A DNA stretch of 64,000 nt from a virus, in the IMG/VR virus record IMGVR_UViG_3300032268_001605, positions 75,251 to 139,250 of that record; one strand, given 5' to 3'. Within the stretch, counting starts at the first letter, position 1, and every line of letters starts with the position of its first letter. The notes beneath the pieces were generated by a model that saw nothing but the letters and a program-made list of their open reading frames with translations, ran no database searches and was not told the origin of the DNA. A program made the translations under genes and the position numbers. This document shows positions 1-10,680 of this stretch, piece after piece.

Positions 1-129
1 TGAGGATTTTTTTAAGTGTTCGATTGGTATCTTAATAACATCACCAACTGATACATCATAGTTAAGAGTTCTATAATAATTCAATGTAGGACATTGAACT
101 TTAATTTCTAATTCCTTTGTTATAATCAT
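1..129 (-). CDS. 5' part of a probable homing endonuclease (runs off the window)
   Basis: Manual translation MIITKELEIKVQCPTLNYYRTLNYDVSVGDVIKIPIEHLKKSS resembles N-termini of zinc-ribbon phage homing endonucleases; TATATA upstream. Confidence 0.5.
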   Translation of the reverse strand, partial: MIITKELEIKVQCPTLNYYRTLNYDVSVGDVIKIPIEHLKKSS

Positions 130-155
130 ATATACTTATATTTTATAAGTATATA

Positions 156-410
156 TTAGTTTTTATGTTTGTAGTAATATTTGTCAACTGTATAATTTTT
201 AAAATTTTTTATTATGTTGACATTATCGAAAAACATAGAGACTGGTCTTTGCAATAAATTCAAAAAACGAAACATTAAATCATTATAAAAAAGATATGGT
301 GAAACTGTTTTATTGAGTATGTTTTTCTCATAATCGACAAAGTCTTTTTCGTCATCGTGTCTATGCTTCATGAAGTGTAATTCAGGGAGGTCTTTTTCTT
401 CGAAATACAT
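156..410 (-). CDS. hypothetical protein downstream of baseplate wedge gene
   Basis: 84-aa ORF starting 3 nt after the gp6-like stop. Confidence 0.65.
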   Translation of the reverse strand: MYFEEKDLPELHFMKHRHDDEKDFVDYEKNILNKTVSPYLFYNDLMFRFLNLLQRPVSMFFDNVNIIKNFKNYTVDKYYYKHKN

Positions 411-413
411 ATA

Positions 414-2132
414 TTATATCTTTTGTTTTTTTGATACATCTACTGTACCTTTTTTGATTATATTTACAGATTTCAATCCTTTGTCTTCTATGCTATCAGA
501 GTAATAAACATTAGATCTATCGTACCAACCACCCCTAATAACAGGTATTTCTTGAGCTGTAAAGACAATATCACCTAAAATTGGATCCAAGCCTGGAGTA
601 ATTTTTGGATTATAGTTTGGATTTGGCTTGTCTAGTTTGAGAGCTTCCCTTGTAGCAAATTGATTTCTTTTATTCTCATCTAATGTGATTTGAGCTTTGT
701 GATAATCTTCGTTCTTTTTACTAAGGAAACTAATGTCGACGGAATAAATATCAGATATTGAAGAAATTTCTGAAATAATATCACTTTTCGGAACTCTATC
801 CATTCTGTTAAAATTAAGAAAATATTCTGAAATTTTATTGTAAATTTGCGAGTTTACAGAATTATCTTGAGCATCTGAATAGGTGATGATAAAAATATTT
901 ATTATGTAGAATGATAAATTCGGTGAAACAATTTCTACCTTGGATGTCAATAAGATATTCCCACCTGTTCTTAGATACTTTAAAATTTTTGATTTCTCAT
1001 AATTATCCAACTCGAATGCTCTTACATCAATTGAAAAGTAATCAGCATTTTCGCTTTTGAATAACTTAATATTTGGGGTGGCTGCAACGAATACTGTGCC
1101 GTTTTCTGAATAGGCATTTACATGAGAAAATACACCTAATTTCTTGATTTGGTAAGCAAACTGTTGAGGTAAACCAATAACAAAATTATTACTAGCAATA
1201 GGTAAAATATTTTTTGTGAAAGCGGTTGATTCGCTATCGGCACCAAAATTTATATCATTAAAAAAAGATATATCAAATAAATCAGCCATATCAATCGAGT
1301 TACCAAAACCATCGAGGGCATCTTCTACGAAATTCCAATCATTTATTGTTCTTCTGAAAATAGAACCTGATGAGCCATCACTCACTAGATAATTAACTTC
1401 TATTGAAGACCCAACAGTAGGTTTTGCGCCGAACCCACCATTACCAAAAATTAAATCTATACCTTTATTGAAACTTGATTTAATAACACAAGCTTTCTCA
1501 TCCGGTAGGAGTTCGTAAATATGTTTTTTCACAGACCAATACTCACCGTTGACGAGTACTTCATAGTTGAAGTTTTCTATTTCTCTATTATTTCCCCTGA
1601 CTGTAATTTGATAAGTTTGGTTTTCGTTTCCGGATCCAGTGAAATTTCTTCTTTGCCATTCACCTTGTATTATGTCAATTGTAAAACTTGTCATATTTGT
1701 TAAATTGTAGGTTATTCTTTCAGAACCTAAATTTATCGAATAGAAAAGCCCATTCGTTTTATTTTTAAGTAATTGTCTATTTGAAAGTGTGATTCTTCCA
1801 CCTGGGATATCAGTTCTTATATCAGTAGAGGTTTTTATATTGACTTTGAGAGTACCGGTGGCACTTATACTCCTTGTTGGGTTATGACCAGCGAAAATTG
1901 CCGCATTTCTAATAACTCTGGTGTTGTTTGAATTTGAAGATGATAAGTCGAATTGGTTTATTGAATTTTTCAAATACAACATAGAAAGTTGAAATAAATT
2001 TTCTAAAACCAGCAGTATTTGTCCATAGGGTGAGCTTGTGTCGAAATTGACACCAGTTTTAGAAAATTCTTGCCTTAAATATAATTCTATTTGAGCTTTT
2101 AAAGTACCAAAACTTATTTCCGTTAAGTTCAT
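414..2132 (-). CDS. baseplate wedge subunit, T4 gp6-like
   Basis: N-terminal 'F..LK..I..YL', 'AIFAGHNPTRSISA', 'IIQGE', 'LIFGNG.FG..P..GS.I.V.YL.SDG..G' pattern typical of gp6 family. Confidence 0.85.
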   Translation of the reverse strand: MNLTEISFGTLKAQIELYLRQEFSKTGVNFDTSSPYGQILLVLENLFQLSMLYLKNSINQFDLSSSNSNNTRVIRNAAIFAGHNPTRSISATGTLKVNIKTSTDIRTDIPGGRITLSNRQLLKNKTNGLFYSINLGSERITYNLTNMTSFTIDIIQGEWQRRNFTGSGNENQTYQITVRGNNREIENFNYEVLVNGEYWSVKKHIYELLPDEKACVIKSSFNKGIDLIFGNGGFGAKPTVGSSIEVNYLVSDGSSGSIFRRTINDWNFVEDALDGFGNSIDMADLFDISFFNDINFGADSESTAFTKNILPIASNNFVIGLPQQFAYQIKKLGVFSHVNAYSENGTVFVAATPNIKLFKSENADYFSIDVRAFELDNYEKSKILKYLRTGGNILLTSKVEIVSPNLSFYIINIFIITYSDAQDNSVNSQIYNKISEYFLNFNRMDRVPKSDIISEISSISDIYSVDISFLSKKNEDYHKAQITLDENKRNQFATREALKLDKPNPNYNPKITPGLDPILGDIVFTAQEIPVIRGGWYDRSNVYYSDSIEDKGLKSVNIIKKGTVDVSKKQKI

Positions 2133-2190
2133 ATTGAAATTTATTTTATTATATGATATATATAAAAAAACAAACTTCTTTAAATAAAAA

Positions 2191-2721
2191 TTAGAACATC
2201 AAATCATAAATTGACTCAGCGTCAAATTCAGGATCAGTTATTTTTAAATCATAATAATTATAATCTTTAAAATCTACTAAATCTGATTTTATTCTTCTTT
2301 CTATTGAGTCATTGATATCGTTTCTTCTTAGTAGTCGTTTTGTTCTTATATCAATCGGTATATCAAGATAAACAACAAAGCACTTTGATAAATCAGCATC
2401 TGAAAGTTGCGAAATTTCAAAAGGTGTCATAATAAATAATTGATTTTTTTCGAAATTATCAACTGTAACACCATAATTCCAAATTTTATCAAATATTTCA
2501 AAAGTCTGATAAAATTTTATTTTGTCTTCACATTTTAAACTCGAAAATTCTTCCACTTCAATAAAATCATAATCCACACCGTCTGTTTCATTTTGTCTTT
2601 TTGGTCTTGTTGTAAACTTTGGTGAATACCTTAAACCCTTTTTAATTAAACCTCTCCTCAAGAAATCTTTACCACTACCAGATTGACCGACAATAATTAA
2701 CTTTTCTGTTTTTTCTGTCAT
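2191..2721 (-). CDS. gmk: guanylate kinase
   Basis: P-loop GQSGSGKD, TTRPKRQNETDGVDYDFI, YG motif. Confidence 0.9.
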   Translation of the reverse strand: MTEKTEKLIIVGQSGSGKDFLRRGLIKKGLRYSPKFTTRPKRQNETDGVDYDFIEVEEFSSLKCEDKIKFYQTFEIFDKIWNYGVTVDNFEKNQLFIMTPFEISQLSDADLSKCFVVYLDIPIDIRTKRLLRRNDINDSIERRIKSDLVDFKDYNYYDLKITDPEFDAESIYDLMF

Positions 2722-2828
2722 ATAAAAAACTTTTTTTATTTATATAAGGAAACTTACAATTAAGTTTTAATTATCATATGATATATGTTCGAATATTTCA
2801 AACCAAGTAATGACATCAAACTTTAGAA

Positions 2829-3389
2829 TTATTCCTTGACTTTGGTTACTTTGTTCAGTTCATCTTTGGAAAATGAATCGAAGCTCATAAGTCTTTTTGG
2901 TTTATCAGAACCTTGACCAGCAGTAAAGTCTTGACGTGAAACAAGAGATTTTAAGTTACTCAACATTTTATTTTTTCGCCTTTTACTGTTACCTTTTCTA
3001 TTATCAACTGGAATTTTTTGGAAAGCTTTATTCGGACCAGCATTGTATGGAACACTTACATCACCACTCCCGATTTTACCACCACCAGATGTATAGGCTG
3101 GGTCTGATGTAACACCTGCATTATTTGATGGTTGGGCAGCAGTTACAGCACCCATTCCACCGAAGGCAGCATTACCATAAGCGACACCACCCCCACCGAT
3201 TCCTATAGAGGCAGCACCTGAAGAACCTGCTGGTCCACCAGTAGCACTTGTGTCTTCAAATAATGAAAGGTAATATTCAGATTCACCACAGTCGATTAGA
3301 AAGTTTAGTTCTGAGGAGTCTTCATTGTTCATAACCATCTGAGTTCTTAGATGATAAAGTTCGTCTAAATTTAAATTTGAGTATTTCAT
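2829..3389 (-). CDS. Gly/Ala-rich hypothetical protein, probably virion-associated
   Basis: Likely start ATG 3389 just after AATATATA (3402-3395); Gly-rich low-complexity centre. Confidence 0.7.
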   Translation of the reverse strand: MKYSNLNLDELYHLRTQMVMNNEDSSELNFLIDCGESEYYLSLFEDTSATGGPAGSSGAASIGIGGGGVAYGNAAFGGMGAVTAAQPSNNAGVTSDPAYTSGGGKIGSGDVSVPYNAGPNKAFQKIPVDNRKGNSKRRKNKMLSNLKSLVSRQDFTAGQGSDKPKRLMSFDSFSKDELNKVTKVKE

Positions 3390-3444
3390 AAATTTATATA
3401 TTAAAAATTCAATATCAAAAATGTCATTTAGGAATATATATTGC

Positions 3445-4020
3445 ATGATAAGAAATTTAGAAAACACCAAACTTATAAGGGAATTGAATTATTTGAAATC
3501 AGAATATGAATATAAATCAAATTTAATTCAATCCTACAATATTGATTTTTATAATTGGATCGAAAAGATTCTCACCCTGAATACAGAGCTGAGAGAAATA
3601 TACGATAATAAAAAAAGTATTAAATTATCACATAATATACCACCAAACAAAAGTGATAAATCAATGGAAGAAGAACAACTTACAAATCAGGACTCAAAGC
3701 TTAAAGACTTTTATAGAAAAATTGTAAAAGTAACACATCCGGATAAAATAAATAGTGATAACCTAAACACACTCTATAATGAAGCCAATATGGCTTTTAA
3801 AGAAGGTAATAAAATCGATATACTTTTACTCTGTGATAGATTGGGTTTGTCTTACGAAGTGTCGGATGAAGAAAGAGAGATACTTGGGACTGAAATTAGA
3901 GACATTAGAAATAAAATTCTTTACTTGGAATCTTCATATGTTTACCAGTGGAAACTAACTGAAGATGAGAGTCTAAAAAATAAGGTTGCGCTCAACTACA
4001 TAAAAAATTTAATTATTTAA
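3445..4020 (+). CDS. J-domain (DnaJ-like) protein
   Basis: 'LKDFYRKIVKVTHPDK' helix II + HPD motif; likely start 3445 after AATATATA. Confidence 0.75.
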   Translation: MIRNLENTKLIRELNYLKSEYEYKSNLIQSYNIDFYNWIEKILTLNTELREIYDNKKSIKLSHNIPPNKSDKSMEEEQLTNQDSKLKDFYRKIVKVTHPDKINSDNLNTLYNEANMAFKEGNKIDILLLCDRLGLSYEVSDEEREILGTEIRDIRNKILYLESSYVYQWKLTEDESLKNKVALNYIKNLII

Positions 4021-4660
4021 TGTCGAAGGTAAATTTATTATCATTAATAAATTTTTCAAATTCTTCTTTCCTAAAATATTTTTTGAAAGTGTCATTTGCC
4101 CTATCTAAGTTCTGTAATTCCCATTCATTTTTGTTTGATGATTGATAAATATAACTTTCATCATCGTGTATAATTTCAATTACCTTAGAGGATAATTTGT
4201 CATAAAAACTTTTTATATTCCCAGTAATTTTATAAAGTTTAGTATCTTCCCATTTACCTAGTGTATCATTCCAAGATTGAAATAAGATATAATCTGGATT
4301 TTCTAACTCATTAGCTTCAATTCTATAAATCATTAAGAAGCGACAAGGTTTATTAACAAAAGTTTCTAAATCATCAGTGGACTGTAAAAATGATTTTTTC
4401 AACCCTATGCTTGATAAAGAATTTATAAATTCAATATTGTCGGATAATATATCTAAATTTACTTTATTTTTGTATTCGTCTTTTGGTAAATTGAAAGATT
4501 GAAATAAATCTGATTCTTCTGCGCCAATTGATTTTAAAATATTTTCATAGAATAGATTCAAAGATTCATTTAAATCTAAATTTGAAATAGATGTTTCTGG
4601 ATATTCTACTGTTATTAAGTAAGATTCAAAAAAACTACTAAAATTTTTTAAGTGCTTCAT
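4013..4660 (-). CDS. hypothetical protein with N-terminal MKHLKNFSSFFES tag
   Basis: 215-aa ORF; recurring N-terminal motif. Confidence 0.75.
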   Translation of the reverse strand: MKHLKNFSSFFESYLITVEYPETSISNLDLNESLNLFYENILKSIGAEESDLFQSFNLPKDEYKNKVNLDILSDNIEFINSLSSIGLKKSFLQSTDDLETFVNKPCRFLMIYRIEANELENPDYILFQSWNDTLGKWEDTKLYKITGNIKSFYDKLSSKVIEIIHDDESYIYQSSNKNEWELQNLDRANDTFKKYFRKEEFEKFINDNKFTFDIK

Positions 4661-4719
4661 TTTATATTTTCAATTAAAATATTTTAATATATATATTAAA
4701 ATTAAACAACAGCAATATA

Positions 4720-6141
4720 ATGAAACTTTTCAAAAGCTTTCAACTATTCAGAGAGTCCTCATTTGTAAATAAAGTACAAGCACAAAATGAAATACAAAAA
4801 CCTAAAAGTATTTACAAACCTACAAATTTAGTATCAGAAATTTGTGTGTCTATGATTTTATTGAACAACGAATTCTTAGATAATATTTTAGACAGGGGAT
4901 TAAAAGCAAGATACTCCGAGAACTCACAAGTTTTTCTTACTGATTTGAAAAATTTATTGATGGCTAAAAATAGACTTTGTTTAGGTAAACTTGAAAATGA
5001 TAAATTTGTAGAGGACGTAGAAATCTCAAAAATAAATGGTATATTCGAAGAGGTTGAGTTTTCTATAGACGAAGATTGGAGTATTTTGAACAGTGCTAGA
5101 ATCACAGCCAGAAACATTGTAGACAAACTCCTAATGACCGAAAAATTAGAATCTGATTTAATTAGAAAGATATATTGGATTGGACCGAATAAAAGTAAAG
5201 AGGTTGGCGAAGATATAGTAATCGAAACTGAAGATGGTAAACAATTCGGATTCTATCTAAATAAAAATTTAAGCACCACTAAGACTTCTTCATTTCTTAC
5301 ACTAGCTGATGATTTAATCGGAAGCGAGGTAGAACGTTTGTACGGAGAAGAAATGTTAAAGAAATGGAATAAGCTAGTTCAGAACTGGGTAAGAATTATT
5401 TATGATAATTCAAACGAAATGATACAAGCTCAGTTTGAAAAATTTATTCAACCGAGTAGATTGGGTGATATCACTTGGTTTGATTACTTTGAAATAAAAC
5501 ATCAAGATCCTAAGTTCAAAAACTTGGGTGAGTATTTCAAAGATTTTGATAAAAATATTGTTTACTTCTCTGACTTTTTGGATGAAGTTTGGGATAATAA
5601 AGAAAGATATTTCGCATCAGTCGATAAGGCGGTGAAGGAATGGAACGAAAAGAAGAATTTTCTTTTAAATTCTAAAATTTTGGAACACATCTTGACACAA
5701 TCAATTCTAAAGACAAATAAATCTGATGTTAAAAAATTGAAAGATGGTATGAAATCTGTTTCTGGTAACATCAAGATGAAATTAATTAAAAACATCGTTG
5801 AAAAAATGGGTTGTGTTGAGAGGGATATTTATTATTTAGGCAACAAAGGAAATTCGTTTAATCTACTACCATCAAGGGAATTTTTTAGAGAATTTTACGA
5901 TTCTATTATTGTTAAATTTGATTATCATGTTAGATTAATAGATTCTGATGAATTAGAAGATAATAACTTTAAATTCAAAGTTCTTGTTGAGTTAGATGAG
6001 AATCCTCTTATTGATTGTATAATAACGGTAAAGTTTACTGGTTCTGAGCTGAGCAGCAAATTATCCGCTTCTTATAAATTTGAACCAGCTGACAATTTTA
6101 ATTATTTAGTAACTGAAAAAATGAAAGAATCTGAAAGATGA
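4720..6141 (+). CDS. hypothetical protein, possible degenerate PD-(D/E)xK fold
   Basis: 473-aa ORF; 'EDIVIETEDGKQFGFYLNK' resembles D..G.SLK motif; N-terminal tag. Confidence 0.6.
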   Translation: MKLFKSFQLFRESSFVNKVQAQNEIQKPKSIYKPTNLVSEICVSMILLNNEFLDNILDRGLKARYSENSQVFLTDLKNLLMAKNRLCLGKLENDKFVEDVEISKINGIFEEVEFSIDEDWSILNSARITARNIVDKLLMTEKLESDLIRKIYWIGPNKSKEVGEDIVIETEDGKQFGFYLNKNLSTTKTSSFLTLADDLIGSEVERLYGEEMLKKWNKLVQNWVRIIYDNSNEMIQAQFEKFIQPSRLGDITWFDYFEIKHQDPKFKNLGEYFKDFDKNIVYFSDFLDEVWDNKERYFASVDKAVKEWNEKKNFLLNSKILEHILTQSILKTNKSDVKKLKDGMKSVSGNIKMKLIKNIVEKMGCVERDIYYLGNKGNSFNLLPSREFFREFYDSIIVKFDYHVRLIDSDELEDNNFKFKVLVELDENPLIDCIITVKFTGSELSSKLSASYKFEPADNFNYLVTEKMKESER

Positions 6142-6431
6142 AACATTTAAGACTTTTTGAAAATTTTGGGGAAGAACTTACATTAGATTATCTAAAGGCT
6201 AAATTTCCAATCGAGCTTGATACCAAATATTTAGATTTATTTGGCAGAAAAAGGTATTATATAAATATCGACGGCGATGTCTATTATTATTCTTTCGATG
6301 AAAAAGGGAATCCTAGCTATGGTTATAACAGAATAAAGCAAGTGTTACTTAATATTTTACAATCAGATAATTTAATTACAGATATTGTTTCTGATACACA
6401 ATTGATAAAACAATATTTGAAATCTATATGA
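6138..6431 (+). CDS. hypothetical protein with MKHLRLFENF tag
   Basis: ATGA-coupled 97-aa ORF. Confidence 0.7.
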   Translation: MKHLRLFENFGEELTLDYLKAKFPIELDTKYLDLFGRKRYYINIDGDVYYYSFDEKGNPSYGYNRIKQVLLNILQSDNLITDIVSDTQLIKQYLKSI

Positions 6432-7156
6432 AAAAACAATTTATATGGATTCATGGATTGCCTGGATCGGGTAAAAGTTTTTTAGCCAATAAGATAAAAT
6501 CTGAAAATACGGATTTCGCACTTTTAGATGACATTGCTAATATTAGCCAAATTCAAAATCTAATGGAAGATGGTGAAAATATAATACTTACTTCACCATA
6601 CTTTGAAAGTTATTTATTTATAGGTAATAATTTTTTAAAATTAAATCAGATTTTAGAAGGTAACAATGATTATGAATTAACTGAGTATTGGTTCGAAAAT
6701 AATCCAAAAGCTTGTATTGACAATCTTAAAAATAGACAAGAACATCATATCAAATCAGATAGTATCATTGGTGAAATATATACATTTTCAAAAAACTATA
6801 ATATACCAAAAAATGTTGAGGTAATCCCTGTATATCAAAAAATGAAACATCTAAAATACTTTGAAAATTTTGGTACTAACTATGATTATGATATGATTTT
6901 GAGAATCTTGAAGAAGACAAACGGTTGGGGTAATGGATGTTCACAATACTTTGATGATTTCGAAAATGATTCAAATTATTTTAACAATCCTGAAGATAGT
7001 AGTCTATACGCAAATCAATTTCATGTTTACTTAACAGATTTACAAAATGGAAGATTGAGAGGTCAGTTTCATAAAGTACCATCGGGTCTGAGAACAGGTA
7101 TCTGGAAAATGTCTATACCAGTTTATAAACCAGCTACAATACAAAAATATTTATAA
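6428..7156 (+). CDS. P-loop kinase-like domain fused to a second tagged domain
   Basis: GLPGSGKS Walker A, LLDD; internal MKHLKYFENF at 6842. Confidence 0.7.
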   Translation: MKKQFIWIHGLPGSGKSFLANKIKSENTDFALLDDIANISQIQNLMEDGENIILTSPYFESYLFIGNNFLKLNQILEGNNDYELTEYWFENNPKACIDNLKNRQEHHIKSDSIIGEIYTFSKNYNIPKNVEVIPVYQKMKHLKYFENFGTNYDYDMILRILKKTNGWGNGCSQYFDDFENDSNYFNNPEDSSLYANQFHVYLTDLQNGRLRGQFHKVPSGLRTGIWKMSIPVYKPATIQKYL

Positions 7157-7158
7157 TT

Positions 7159-8061
7159 ATGAAATACTTATTCACCTTCGAAAATTTTGATTCTCTAAAT
7201 GAAGAAAGGGGAAGTGCTCAAGCAGTTAAAACAGTAGTGAGGGATATTATTTATTTTGTTAAGGATAATGCGTATGGTAGATTCTCACTTCCTTATCACG
7301 CATTGACCGATGCTGAAGCCAAAAAGGCGGCAGATCCTAATAGAAAACCAAAAATGAAAGGTGGTAAATTTCATTATATACCCCCTCGCCCTATTAAAAC
7401 AAGACTTCAAATGGTGGGTTCAAGCTTTGTTAGGGAAGTTCCGAAAGACGTAGAAGATGAGAGCGAGTACTATTACGGGATGCCGGATGCTGGATATGAA
7501 GACGAGGATGATGACAACACTGAATTACTTTCAACACATAAATATGTTTTTAATGATTTTCCAGTAAAATTCTCGGTTGAGTTAACAATTCAACATAATA
7601 AGAAAATAAAAGGATTTAGAATCAATGCTTCAGCAGGAAGTCATTACAGACTAGAAAAGGGGGATAGAGTCGCTTACTATGATATCCAAGTAGAAATACA
7701 AAGAAATTTCCAAGAGGACATAAAGCCACACTTATATGAAATGGTTGGTGAACTCAATATAGATATAGCTCATGAAATGGAACATCTTCTGCAAGAGTAT
7801 TATGGTGAAGAGTTCGACAGAGATGAAGATGCGACTGGATTTACTTACTACACATTGCCAGATGAATTACCAGCACAAGTTGTTGGATTCAAAAGATTAT
7901 TTGATTTAAAAAGAGTTAGGGACAAATCAGTTAAATTTGAAGATATTGTTAGACAGTGGTTCATCAAACAACGATATATTTCCAAACTCAGAAGGAATGA
8001 AGAGGAGGAAGTCATCAAAAATATTGTTGATGAATTTAAGTCTAAGTTTGATCGACTGTAA
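7159..8061 (+). CDS. HExxH zincin-like protein
   Basis: AHEMEHLLQ plus downstream 'Y...PDELPA'; N-terminal MKYLFTFENF tag. Confidence 0.6.
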   Translation: MKYLFTFENFDSLNEERGSAQAVKTVVRDIIYFVKDNAYGRFSLPYHALTDAEAKKAADPNRKPKMKGGKFHYIPPRPIKTRLQMVGSSFVREVPKDVEDESEYYYGMPDAGYEDEDDDNTELLSTHKYVFNDFPVKFSVELTIQHNKKIKGFRINASAGSHYRLEKGDRVAYYDIQVEIQRNFQEDIKPHLYEMVGELNIDIAHEMEHLLQEYYGEEFDRDEDATGFTYYTLPDELPAQVVGFKRLFDLKRVRDKSVKFEDIVRQWFIKQRYISKLRRNEEEEVIKNIVDEFKSKFDRL

Positions 8062-9268
8062 TATTATCAATTTTCTGGATAACCAAATTATAAGCACTCT
8101 GTAAATCTTCTAAGTCTTTTTCAGTCTGATTAATTAAGATTGTACCGTTTGGTAATTTTACCTCATATAGATTGATATAACTATCTTCCACCTCACTAGG
8201 TATTTCGATTTCTTGAGTCCTATTGATATCATTCGATAGCTGTGTTAATAACTGCTCTGGGTTTATTGAACTATCAGAGTTATTTTTGTAATCACTGACT
8301 TTCTTTTTACCATAGTCAACTTTATATGTTTCTAAAAAATCTTTGACTTCTATTGCATCATCTTCACTATTAGCCCTTACACTTACACCATCTATTACAA
8401 ATGTTTTATTCTCATCCTTGAAATTTCCCAGTTTTCTAAGTTTACTAGTCACTTTTTTAAAAATCTTCTGTTTGTTTGCACCACTTATCAGTTTAATTAT
8501 GAAATCTAATAATTTTTTTACTAAACTTTCTATTCCAGTTAATTTTGACCAGATACCTAAAATTATATTCATAAATGAGTTAAAAATTATTGATAGAATC
8601 GAAAGATTTTTTGAATCCACGATAAGATTTAGTTTTTCAAAAACTACAGTATATGATATAATATTTTTTAATTGAGATACTAAAGATAATAATATATCAA
8701 CTATTGACATCGTATATGAAATTGCTAAAGGTATATTCCAAGGTGGAGCAGCTATGATTACGGATATAGCTCCTAAAGATGAACCAGCTTGAATTAGAGA
8801 TGTAGTTGACTTCTTGACGATTGTTTTAGTCTCTCTTATAAAATTGTAGGAACCTATCTTTATTTCTTTGATAGTCTTTTTAGCTTCAGATTTCAACTCA
8901 ACAATTTTATCTTTATAAATATTTTTTATTTGTTTAACTTGTTCTGTCGCTGCTTGTTTACGCCTTTCTTTTTCGGTATTTAACTGTTCCTTTCTTGCCT
9001 TTTTTTCTTCAGGTGTTAAATTCAAATTACTAGATCTCTTTTTTTTAAACTCTTCATCAATTTTAGCTATTGATTTACTCAGAGATATATCTTCAGAATC
9101 GACTATTAAATCAATTTCTATCGCGGAAAATTTTGGATTTTTTTGCTTTAAAATTTTCTTTATAACATCATCAACTGGTAGTAAAAAGGGACTTATATCA
9201 AATTCACTATTAAATCCGAGTTCTTGTAGTTTTTCTACATTCTTTAGTAGTTTGGTAAATTCAATCAT
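8042..9268 (-). CDS. helical coiled-coil protein with hydrophobic segments
   Basis: 408-aa ORF; charged coil followed by hydrophobic helices. Confidence 0.7.
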   Translation of the reverse strand: MIEFTKLLKNVEKLQELGFNSEFDISPFLLPVDDVIKKILKQKNPKFSAIEIDLIVDSEDISLSKSIAKIDEEFKKKRSSNLNLTPEEKKARKEQLNTEKERRKQAATEQVKQIKNIYKDKIVELKSEAKKTIKEIKIGSYNFIRETKTIVKKSTTSLIQAGSSLGAISVIIAAPPWNIPLAISYTMSIVDILLSLVSQLKNIISYTVVFEKLNLIVDSKNLSILSIIFNSFMNIILGIWSKLTGIESLVKKLLDFIIKLISGANKQKIFKKVTSKLRKLGNFKDENKTFVIDGVSVRANSEDDAIEVKDFLETYKVDYGKKKVSDYKNNSDSSINPEQLLTQLSNDINRTQEIEIPSEVEDSYINLYEVKLPNGTILINQTEKDLEDLQSAYNLVIQKIDNITVDQT

Positions 9269-9364
9269 ACCTTATATATATTTTGATTATCTTTTCTTTC
9301 AACTATAAGTTAATTTTAGAACTTAATAATTAAAAATAATATAAATAAAAAAAATATTTATATT

Positions 9365-9580
9365 ATGGGAAAAAATGCAAAAGAACATAGAAAAAAAGTA
9401 GCTAAAAGAAATCAAAAAATTAGTGAATCCAAAAAAGTTCAAGAAAAATATGCTATGGATTTTCTTATGAGAATGATACAAAAAGAAAAAGAAAAAGGTT
9501 TATTCAATAACCCAGTACAACCATTACCTCAAGAACCGAGTGTTGATACCACAACAAATTATTCTGGACCACAAATTTAA
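9365..9580 (+). CDS. small basic hypothetical protein
   Basis: 71-aa Lys/Arg-rich ORF with A-rich leader. Confidence 0.65.
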   Translation: MGKNAKEHRKKVAKRNQKISESKKVQEKYAMDFLMRMIQKEKEKGLFNNPVQPLPQEPSVDTTTNYSGPQI

Positions 9581-9588
9581 ATATTGAA

Positions 9589-10680
9589 ATGAAGTCTAAT
9601 ATCAAAGTTAATCTTAATATAAATAAAGATGATGAGAATTTGAATGATTATCTTTATACCTGGTCAGAGTTAGGAACAAGACCTAGTAAAACTTCTATAC
9701 ACGGATTTTTTGATTCTGAGAAATTTTTAAAATATATCGAAGATAATTTTGATAAATTCGAAATATCTAATTTCACAGACATAATACCAAATGATGATAT
9801 ATCTATTATTAATCAAAGGACATTTTTGAACTTTCAGAATGGTATATTTTTAACATATACACATCTTGATAAAATACATGAACAAAGTTTAATAACCGAT
9901 TTGTCTATTTTTTATACACGACACTCAGAAGAAAAAGTAACTGAAATTGTAAATCAAATATCTAGTTTATCGCTTCAAAATGTGGATGAAGAAGAAGATT
10001 TACAAGATAATATCAAAAGTGATTTAAATATACTTGATTATGGTCAAAATGGTTTTGAATTAGAAAAGCTCAACGATACTGAGAATTACGAAAATATAGA
10101 ATACTTTTTCGAAGACTCTATACTCAAGGACACAAAAAGGGTTATTAAGAGTATAAATAAGAGTAAGAGTGGACTAACTATACTCTGTGGAGAAAGAGGG
10201 TGTGGTAAGACAACATTGCTTTCATATATTGCATCAAATTCCAAGAAGAATAAAATATTTATACCAAGTACCCTTATAGAAAATTCAATTAACAATTTTG
10301 AATTCAGAAAGTTTTTGAAGAAAAATAAAAATGTGATACTTTTATTAGATGACGTAGAGTTATATTTCAGTAAGATTTATTCAAAATCAAATTCTTACAC
10401 CAATAATCTACTTCAATTAGTAGATGGGATATCTGCAAAAGATTTGGATATAAATATTATTTTATCTCTGAATTGTAGTATAGAAGAAATTGATAAAAAT
10501 CTTTTGGAATCTAATTCTCTATTAGATATAATCGAAGTCGGTAAACTATCAGAAAACAAAGGTAAAGAGTTGTGTGAATTCCTGGATCATAAGAGTTACC
10601 TCAAGGGTAAGAATAAAATAATAGATTTTTTAAAAAATAGAGTTTCTAAGTCCACGAATGTGGAACTAGGTTTCAAATGA
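9589..10680 (+). CDS. AAA+ ATPase
   Basis: Walker A GERGCGKT, Walker B ILLLDDVE, 'NLLQLVDGI', C-terminal LGF. Confidence 0.85.
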   Translation: MKSNIKVNLNINKDDENLNDYLYTWSELGTRPSKTSIHGFFDSEKFLKYIEDNFDKFEISNFTDIIPNDDISIINQRTFLNFQNGIFLTYTHLDKIHEQSLITDLSIFYTRHSEEKVTEIVNQISSLSLQNVDEEEDLQDNIKSDLNILDYGQNGFELEKLNDTENYENIEYFFEDSILKDTKRVIKSINKSKSGLTILCGERGCGKTTLLSYIASNSKKNKIFIPSTLIENSINNFEFRKFLKKNKNVILLLDDVELYFSKIYSKSNSYTNNLLQLVDGISAKDLDINIILSLNCSIEEIDKNLLESNSLLDIIEVGKLSENKGKELCEFLDHKSYLKGKNKIIDFLKNRVSKSTNVELGFK

